IMG/VR virus record: IMGVR_UViG_3300025276_000001
Span: 1 to 64,000 of that record
Source of the DNA: a virus
Reading direction: 5' to 3' (one strand)
DNA: 64,000 nucleotides
Notes under the pieces: model-generated
Told to the model about the DNA's origin: nothing
The model's database searches: none
The model's input: only the letters and a program-made list of their open reading frames with translations
Made by a program: the position numbers and the translations under genes
Part shown: in pieces, positions 27,757 through 35,425 of the stretch
How the letters are laid out: every line of letters begins with the position of its first letter
Numbering within the stretch: position 1 is the stretch's first letter

Positions 27757-30700
27757 TGGAAAGAAAAGACAGAAAATCAATAGGGTTAGTTGGGGGTCCA
27801 AATCAATACATAACAGATATATCTGAATTTATTTCTATTGAAGGATATAAAAGAGACAGTCCTGATGTAAATAACCCATATAACATTATTCCGTCAGGTA
27901 ATATTACTATGGAAGATGTAGACTTTGCTGTTAAGGGTAGAGACAACTTGGGTAATGAATTAATAATGGAGCCTGGTGGTAACTACCAGTTCCCAGGAGA
28001 TAGTGTCTTAGAAACCCGCTTAGCACAAGATGGTACAGAAATGCCATATGAAGGTGATATACCAAGTCCAATGGAAGATCCAAATGGGTTTTTATATCAA
28101 ATAGAAGATTTAGTTGGATATCATTTAGATTATCCAAATGGTAAAGGTGAAACTTTTGCAACAATGCCAGGTGAGGAAAATAGCATTGATAATTTAAGAC
28201 ATGCAGGAAGTGCTAGGTATACAGCAGAAGCAATAGGAAAAAAAGTTAAAGAGGTACCTTATGTTGGTGGACTATTGGATTTTGTTGGTGTAGACAAAGC
28301 AGCTGGTTTTATTGGTGCTAATGTATTAGGCTTAGGTCATGAGCTAACATCTTTTTTTGGTGAAGATGAAAGATCATTCTTAACAAAATTACAAGAAATG
28401 GGTGAAGACTCATTTAATAATTTAGTTGGTTCAATTGTTGGATCAACAGATATGGATTCTGATAAGAAAGATAAATTACTAAAAAAACTTTCATTTAATA
28501 ATATTTTACCTGATGGATATGTAAGTACTGAAAATGGAAGAAAGAATGGCCTTTCTGAAGACATATACTTTAAAGATGAAGAAGGAAAAAGAAAAACTCC
28601 AGAATATAAACGTGGTGGTGGTTTACTAGACAAAACTATGGAATGTAATAGTTGCGGTTGGGAATGGAAAGCTGCAGACGGTGGAGCTGATGTATCTACA
28701 TGTCACAAGTGTGGTAGCAGTGCATTACCTAAAGCTCAAGAAGGGAATTTTCCAACTCCAAATATAAAACCAAGAGAAATTGATTTTATTGATTACAATT
28801 CTTTGGAGAGAAGTAAAAGAGATGATGTAAGAAATAAAGTACATCTAAATAAAGCAACAAACTTTGCAGAAAAATGGATGTCAAGTCCAAGATATGCAGA
28901 ATTGTTAAGTAATTCTGGTGGAAATGATTGGTGGAATAATGGATCAGATATAGCAAAGTCAAGAATAAATAACTTAAATCAAATACAAAAAGAAGTAAAA
29001 TATATAAAGGATGATCCTACACAATCTTATACAGAAGAAGAGTTAGAAGGCATAGGAGGTTATTCAAGTAGTAATACTGGTGAAATTCATGTTAACCCGC
29101 AACAGGGTGCTTTAAAGCATCATACAATATATGATCATGAAATTTCACACAGTGTTGATAGACCTGCAAAAGGAGACAATATTGTAAAACAATTTGCAAA
29201 ATTCTATGCTAGAGGTGCGACCCACGCACAACCTAGATTAATACCAAATAGTGATGTAGAACTTACAGAAAAACTTTTAGATAAATCTATACCGCAAGAT
29301 GACATTGTTACATTTTGGGCAAAGTATGGAGACACTCCAGAAGAAGGGACTAGAAACTATTTTTCTGAGCCTACAGAAGTAAGAGCTAGACTTTCTCAAA
29401 TAAGAAGAGAATTAGACAAAGCAGGTGTAGATATATTTAATAATGAAATTACTCCTGAAGACTATGAAAAGGTAAAATATAGAGGTCCAGTAAAAGGCCT
29501 TAAAAAAGTTTATTCTGAAGAAGCTATTATAGAAATGCTGAATACAATATCAGATGCTGGAGAAAATGCTGGAGAAAATAAAGATGGATTATATTATGCT
29601 CAAAGAGGTGGTTCAACACAAAGGGTTAATTCAATATCAAATGATATATATTTAAGACAAACATTTGCTGAGTCAAGTTTTAAACCTGGTGCAAAATCAA
29701 ATGTTGGAGCACAAGGACTAACACAGTTTATGCCTGATACAATAGAGTATTTAATTGAAAGAGGAACACTACCTGAAGACTTTGATATACATGATCCTAA
29801 ACAAGCTGTAATGGCACAAAAACTTTATATGGAAGATATCTATAATAAAGATTTTATCAACAAGCCTAACCAGTCTGATCAAGTTAGGTTAGCTAAAACT
29901 TTAGCTGCATATAATGGAGGACCAACTAGACTTAAAAATATATTGACTGCACAAAAAAATGAAGGAGTAGATATATATAATTCTCTTGATTGGATGTCTG
30001 CTTTACCTAAAGAAAGCAAAGAGTACATTGATTTAATATTATTAAATAAAAACACAACAGGTAGACCTAAGTTTAATGAAAACTTTGATAGTTTATTAAT
30101 TGATGAAAATTACAAAAAATACATTGATCTTTATCAACAAGGTGGTAGTGTAAACTATACCGTTGCTGCTGGAGATAATTTAGGTAAAATTGCTAATAAG
30201 TATAATACATCTGTTCAAGAAATTGTTGATTTAAATAATATAGAGGATGCTAATAAAATTGGTATTAATCAGGAATTAATAATACCTAGTTCACAAATGC
30301 AAGAAGCAGATATTACTTCTGCATATAAAGTAAGATCAGGTGATACATTAGGTAAAATAGCAAAAACATATAATACTACAGCTAAAAATTTAGCAGAGTA
30401 TAATGGTATTAAGAATATGAATATGATTCAGGTTGATCAACAAATATCTATTCCTGATAATATTAGAAAGCAAGTAAAGAAACCTGAGCCAGCTTGGTAT
30501 GGAGTAGATGATGTAAAAACTAGGAACACAAAAACAAACAGTCAGAGTGATACTAATATAATAATGCAATCTCAATTATTAAATAACCCTAACCAAAGCT
30601 ATGTAATTATAGATAAAAAGTCAGGTCAGTTAAGAGTTATGAATGGTGAAGATGAAGCATTGAGTTTTGAGGTTCTTACTGGTGATAATCCTGGTGATGC

Positions 30701-32072
30701 TCAAACTGTAACTAAAATGGTTGATCAAAATAATGATGGTAAAATTACTGATCAAGATAGAAACAGAAAAAACCAATGGGTAACGGATTGGTCTGCTGGT
30801 AATAAATCTACTGGAGCAGGTATATATTCAATAAGTGCTTCTTCACCAACATCAAAGCCTGGATATCAGAATGCTCCAAGTTGGAATTTAATAAATGATA
30901 ATGGTATTGAGGTATCTACAGCAATACATGGTACAACAAATTATAGAAAACAATTCTTTAATGACGGTAACACTGAGAACAACCAAGCATCTAATGGATG
31001 TATAAATGGACAATGTAGTGACTTAGATGCATTATATGATTTAGACTTGCCAATGGGTACTCCTATTTTTATTTTACCAGAAGATGAAGGAAACAATTTC
31101 ATGTTGCAAGATGGTAAAGCAATAATGAAAATGAGTCAAGAAAATAGAAGTGATTATTTAGATTATACTGATTCTAAAGGTAGAACACAAAAAGGTCAAG
31201 GAGGTAACTATACTACAAACACCTTAGTATATAAACCAATAAAAGCTCAGTTCAATGAAGAAAAATTTAAAAAAGAAAGATTTACAGCTTTTGATTTTAA
31301 TGATACTGAAGAATTAGAAAATTCAACAATACCGTTTATACAAGCTCTTGAAAATAACAAGAAAAAAATAATGCAAGAAGCACAAATTTCTGGAGATGTA
31401 TATAATCAAATTGCTAAAATTGCTTTTGGGGTATATGGTACTGAATCAGAATTTGGTGATACACATAGTTGGGTAGGTAATGCTGCAAGAGGTGCAAATA
31501 AAAAATATGGTACAGATGGCTCATCACCAGACATTACAAAAAAATATGAAGGTTTTGACTTACCATTTACTGAGGCAGGAGCAGGAGCACAATCAAATAA
31601 TAATAGTGTAGGCTATACACAAATACGTTGGAGTCAGCTGAATGATAAAGAGAAGAAAGTATTAAGAGCATTTGATATTACATCTAATGAAGACTTTATG
31701 GATCCTACTAAATCAGCAATAGCTACAGCATCAATATTAGGTGTACGTTATAATGAGCAACTTACTGGTGAACAGAAAAAAAATATATGGGCAAACTTAC
31801 CTGGTAAATGGAATAATAGAGCTAATTATGCAGACAGAGTAAAAGAAAACTCAGTCTATTTAGATTTTCAACAAAAAGATGTAATGGAAAATGGTGGTGA
31901 AATTGAAAATCATATCATGTATAAAAACTATGTAAATGGTGTTTATGAAGGAAGTAAAATGGAAACTAAAGGTGCAAAGATTTATGATAAATTAAATAGG
32001 ATACATTATAGAGATGCAAAAGCATCTAACATGACTCCTTCAAATTACGTCATGACTAACGTTATAGGCTAA
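27756..32072 (+). CDS. Multidomain cargo protein: Zn ribbon, zincin-like, SLT lytic transglycosylase, 2x LysM, L,D-transpeptidase-like (YkuD), second lysozyme-like domain
   Basis: CNSC..CHKC; HEISH; ESSF..A.S..GAQGLTQFMP..LAAYNGG; YTVAAGDNLGKIA and YKVRSGDTLGKIA; AIHGT..SNGCIN; TESEFG..SVGYTQI. Confidence 0.85.
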   Translation: MERKDRKSIGLVGGPNQYITDISEFISIEGYKRDSPDVNNPYNIIPSGNITMEDVDFAVKGRDNLGNELIMEPGGNYQFPGDSVLETRLAQDGTEMPYEGDIPSPMEDPNGFLYQIEDLVGYHLDYPNGKGETFATMPGEENSIDNLRHAGSARYTAEAIGKKVKEVPYVGGLLDFVGVDKAAGFIGANVLGLGHELTSFFGEDERSFLTKLQEMGEDSFNNLVGSIVGSTDMDSDKKDKLLKKLSFNNILPDGYVSTENGRKNGLSEDIYFKDEEGKRKTPEYKRGGGLLDKTMECNSCGWEWKAADGGADVSTCHKCGSSALPKAQEGNFPTPNIKPREIDFIDYNSLERSKRDDVRNKVHLNKATNFAEKWMSSPRYAELLSNSGGNDWWNNGSDIAKSRINNLNQIQKEVKYIKDDPTQSYTEEELEGIGGYSSSNTGEIHVNPQQGALKHHTIYDHEISHSVDRPAKGDNIVKQFAKFYARGATHAQPRLIPNSDVELTEKLLDKSIPQDDIVTFWAKYGDTPEEGTRNYFSEPTEVRARLSQIRRELDKAGVDIFNNEITPEDYEKVKYRGPVKGLKKVYSEEAIIEMLNTISDAGENAGENKDGLYYAQRGGSTQRVNSISNDIYLRQTFAESSFKPGAKSNVGAQGLTQFMPDTIEYLIERGTLPEDFDIHDPKQAVMAQKLYMEDIYNKDFINKPNQSDQVRLAKTLAAYNGGPTRLKNILTAQKNEGVDIYNSLDWMSALPKESKEYIDLILLNKNTTGRPKFNENFDSLLIDENYKKYIDLYQQGGSVNYTVAAGDNLGKIANKYNTSVQEIVDLNNIEDANKIGINQELIIPSSQMQEADITSAYKVRSGDTLGKIAKTYNTTAKNLAEYNGIKNMNMIQVDQQISIPDNIRKQVKKPEPAWYGVDDVKTRNTKTNSQSDTNIIMQSQLLNNPNQSYVIIDKKSGQLRVMNGEDEALSFEVLTGDNPGDAQTVTKMVDQNNDGKITDQDRNRKNQWVTDWSAGNKSTGAGIYSISASSPTSKPGYQNAPSWNLINDNGIEVSTAIHGTTNYRKQFFNDGNTENNQASNGCINGQCSDLDALYDLDLPMGTPIFILPEDEGNNFMLQDGKAIMKMSQENRSDYLDYTDSKGRTQKGQGGNYTTNTLVYKPIKAQFNEEKFKKERFTAFDFNDTEELENSTIPFIQALENNKKKIMQEAQISGDVYNQIAKIAFGVYGTESEFGDTHSWVGNAARGANKKYGTDGSSPDITKKYEGFDLPFTEAGAGAQSNNNSVGYTQIRWSQLNDKEKKVLRAFDITSNEDFMDPTKSAIATASILGVRYNEQLTGEQKKNIWANLPGKWNNRANYADRVKENSVYLDFQQKDVMENGGEIENHIMYKNYVNGVYEGSKMETKGAKIYDKLNRIHYRDAKASNMTPSNYVMTNVIG

Positions 32073-32138
32073 CGTTAAACCTTAAAAATTAGTAAATCTC
32101 TTGATTTATTTGTATATTAATAATATAAAATCATTGTT

Positions 32139-35100
32139 GTGAAAGTAAACAAATTAAGTTTAAAACAGGGTGGAGGAAGTAGTGAACAACCTTCACATCA
32201 AATGCCAGATGGTAGTGTTATGCCAGGTGCAACTCATCAAGAAGCTGAGGGACAACCTATTATGCAAGACCCAAATCAACAACAAGATCCCGCTATTGCA
32301 CAAATAACAGAGATGGTAAGTAGTGCTTTATCAGATGGAGAAGACCCAGTTGGTATAGTAATGGCTTTGATTGAACAGCAAGTAGATCAAAATATTATAG
32401 CTCAAGCTTTTATGAGTGGTGGTTATGCAGAAGAAGATGTTGTTGCTTTATTTGAAACAGTACAACAAAAATCTCAACCTCCGGCTGCTGCTTCAGCAGA
32501 AGAACAAACTAAAGATCCACAAGAGATTGCAAGAAATCAAGCTATGCAGGAAGAAGCTGTAGCTGCTGAAAGCCAAGAAGCAGAAATGCTTGCGGCTGAA
32601 CAAGATGCAATGTCTGAAACCCTAATGGGTAAATCTGGTATAGAAATTAAACCTGAGAATAAAGGTAAATTTACCAAATGGGCTAAAGCCCGTGGAATGT
32701 CTGTTTCTGAGGCTTATAATAAAGTAATGTCTAACAAAGACAAGTATGCTCCTAATGTAGTAAAGATGGCAAACTTTGCTAAGAATGCAGCAGGTTGGAA
32801 AAAAGAAGAAGGTGGAGAGCAAGAAGCTTATAAGCCACACTTTATGTATAAGGGTAAAAGAAAAATTAGGGCTAAAGATATGGAAACACATCTTAGACTT
32901 AAAGAAGCTGGTTATAATCATGATACACCTAAAGCACAGCCAGGTGGAGAACAAGGAACACAACTAGGAAGAGGTGAATCAATAAATACTAATGGAGAAA
33001 AAGTAAATAAATTTGGTAATACTAATGCTCAACAATCTATAATAAATCAAAATACAACAAGTAAACAAACAACATATCCAACTGAGTATTCCAATTATAG
33101 GAATGCTATGACAGCAAGAAGTGTTTGGGAAGATGGTGATGGTGGTAAAAACTTTTTGAAAGATTACCCACAACAAGCTGAATTAGATTCACTAAGAACA
33201 GTGTATAGAAATTTACCTAATATAACTAATATACCTAAAGGTAAACAAGGTAAAGAAATGATTAAGCGTGCTGATGGATCATATTCTCAAAGAGGCATGT
33301 GGGATAACATTAGAGCTAATAAAGGAAGTGGAAAAAAACCTACAGCTGAAATGTTAGCAGAAGGAAGAAAACTTAAAACAGCTCAAACGGGTACTGGAAA
33401 AACTGCTGCACAAAAATTCTATGAAACAACAGGTGTTGTTAAAAGAGGAGATGTATTAACTAATACTGCTCCAAGATATACATTACCAACTACATTCAGT
33501 GATGGAACAGATTTTACTGTATCTGGAGCTCTATCAACTCTTGCAGATGTTGGATCAACTTTATTTAGTAGTGAACTTGATGAAAATGGTTTGAAGTCAG
33601 GAACCTTTATGGATTGGAAAAAAAAGGGTGCTGTTGAAGATGAAATAAAAGGAAACTATTATAACTATGAAGGTACTATAGACCTTAATGATCCAAACCA
33701 ATATGCCGGAGATAATTTAGATTTATATAATGCATCTAAATATAAGAGACCACTTAGAACAGTAGAACAATATAGTGAAGACGTTATGGAAAACTCCATG
33801 GTCAACTATAATGAAGAAACAAAAGAATATGATTTTACTAGATCAAGTAGAAAAATCAATCCTAATCTACCTGGTGTTAATCAAAATTCTTTAGATGGAG
33901 AAAATCTAAATTACTTTAATGAAGTAGATGCTAAGACCAGACAAGAATTATTAGATTTTGGAAGTAGTGATGCTCCAGAAGGTACTACATTAAGTATAGA
34001 TGAAATGGGTGCAACAAGTTATGTAGATCCAGAAGCTGAGAATCTTAATGAGTATGGTACTATGATGGGTTATAATAAGTCAGGAGTAGATAGACGGCCT
34101 AAAGTTATTGAAGAGGAACAAACTTCTATGATACAACCCAATGAGCAAGGTATGTTTAGAGAGCCTAGTATTGTATCAGTTGATCAAACAGAAGAACCTT
34201 TAAGTTTTAAGGAATGGGCAATGCAAGATAGTGTTCGTAGAATGGGTGCAAATGCTCCACAACAATATCAAGACTATATTAATGGTGTAGAAACAGAAAC
34301 AACTAAACCAAGTCTAGAAGATAAGATAAAAACTGGATTAAATGAAGCAGGTGAATTTATTGAAAGTAAATACAATCAAGCTGCTCCAGTTGTTAGAAAA
34401 GGTATTGATGATGCGGGTATGTTTGTTAAAGACAAAGTTAACAGTGGATTAGAATACTTAGAAAATAAGTTTAAAGAAGGTGGTGATTTACCAAAAGCAC
34501 AGTTTGCTGGACAACCAGGATTCTATGATGCCTTATCAGAGTTTACTAGCAACTTGGATTATTCATCAAATTCAGATCAATCAGATATGTTTAATCAACA
34601 ACAAATGAGTTTTGATAATAATCTTCCTTTTGATAATCCAAATAATCAAAATGCAATAGCAGATTTAAATAATGCTATCAGCTTTGGTCAACAAACTGAT
34701 TACAATAGAGATACTGAAGCTGTTAAACGTGCACAAATTGATAATGGGACTTATGGTAATAATAAACAACAATGTCCTGAAGGTCAAGAGTATGATGAAG
34801 TAATGGGACAATGTGTATTAAAAACTGTTGATGTTGTTGAAGATGAAGTTGCAGTTGCAAAACCGCTATATGAACCTGATGCTCCTACAGTTAAAAGAAC
34901 AAATAAATTTAGTGGTGGTTTAAATAGATTTTTAGATAGTAAAGAAGTTGGTGCTTTTGAAGATGTTTCTACAGCAGCTGTAGCAGTAGCAGGTGTAGCA
35001 AATGATTTCTTTAGAGAACGTAGTGTAAATGAAGCAACAGCAAGCAATAGAGCTAATGCAACAGCAGATGAAGTATATGGAGTCAATGAAGATCCATTTA

Positions 35101-35423
35101 TGAAAAGAGGTTCATGGGATATTAATACAGGTACATTTGGTAGTGAAGGACAAAGAACAGTAAGAACAAATATGGGTACTGCTAAAAATGGAGGAGGAAT
35201 AAACAATGCAGGATTTAAAGCTTTGCCACCACAAGCACAACAAAATATTTTAGATAACATGTTATATGGTGGTGATCCAAACCCAGGTATTAGAGCACTT
35301 AGAAAAGTTGCTCCAGAAGTAGTATCAAAAATGGGATATAAATCAGGTGGAGAAACCATCAACGTAAATTCTACTATCTTAGCAAAACTAATTGCAGCGG
35401 GAGCTGATATTGAAATACTATAG
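32139..35423 (+). CDS. Modular cargo/internal virion protein (1094 aa, GTG start)
   Basis: Long ORF of short basic modules and Q/E-rich segments separated by xxGG motifs; lies in the cargo region. Confidence 0.75.
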   Translation: MKVNKLSLKQGGGSSEQPSHQMPDGSVMPGATHQEAEGQPIMQDPNQQQDPAIAQITEMVSSALSDGEDPVGIVMALIEQQVDQNIIAQAFMSGGYAEEDVVALFETVQQKSQPPAAASAEEQTKDPQEIARNQAMQEEAVAAESQEAEMLAAEQDAMSETLMGKSGIEIKPENKGKFTKWAKARGMSVSEAYNKVMSNKDKYAPNVVKMANFAKNAAGWKKEEGGEQEAYKPHFMYKGKRKIRAKDMETHLRLKEAGYNHDTPKAQPGGEQGTQLGRGESINTNGEKVNKFGNTNAQQSIINQNTTSKQTTYPTEYSNYRNAMTARSVWEDGDGGKNFLKDYPQQAELDSLRTVYRNLPNITNIPKGKQGKEMIKRADGSYSQRGMWDNIRANKGSGKKPTAEMLAEGRKLKTAQTGTGKTAAQKFYETTGVVKRGDVLTNTAPRYTLPTTFSDGTDFTVSGALSTLADVGSTLFSSELDENGLKSGTFMDWKKKGAVEDEIKGNYYNYEGTIDLNDPNQYAGDNLDLYNASKYKRPLRTVEQYSEDVMENSMVNYNEETKEYDFTRSSRKINPNLPGVNQNSLDGENLNYFNEVDAKTRQELLDFGSSDAPEGTTLSIDEMGATSYVDPEAENLNEYGTMMGYNKSGVDRRPKVIEEEQTSMIQPNEQGMFREPSIVSVDQTEEPLSFKEWAMQDSVRRMGANAPQQYQDYINGVETETTKPSLEDKIKTGLNEAGEFIESKYNQAAPVVRKGIDDAGMFVKDKVNSGLEYLENKFKEGGDLPKAQFAGQPGFYDALSEFTSNLDYSSNSDQSDMFNQQQMSFDNNLPFDNPNNQNAIADLNNAISFGQQTDYNRDTEAVKRAQIDNGTYGNNKQQCPEGQEYDEVMGQCVLKTVDVVEDEVAVAKPLYEPDAPTVKRTNKFSGGLNRFLDSKEVGAFEDVSTAAVAVAGVANDFFRERSVNEATASNRANATADEVYGVNEDPFMKRGSWDINTGTFGSEGQRTVRTNMGTAKNGGGINNAGFKALPPQAQQNILDNMLYGGDPNPGIRALRKVAPEVVSKMGYKSGGETINVNSTILAKLIAAGADIEIL

Positions 35424-35425
35424 TC

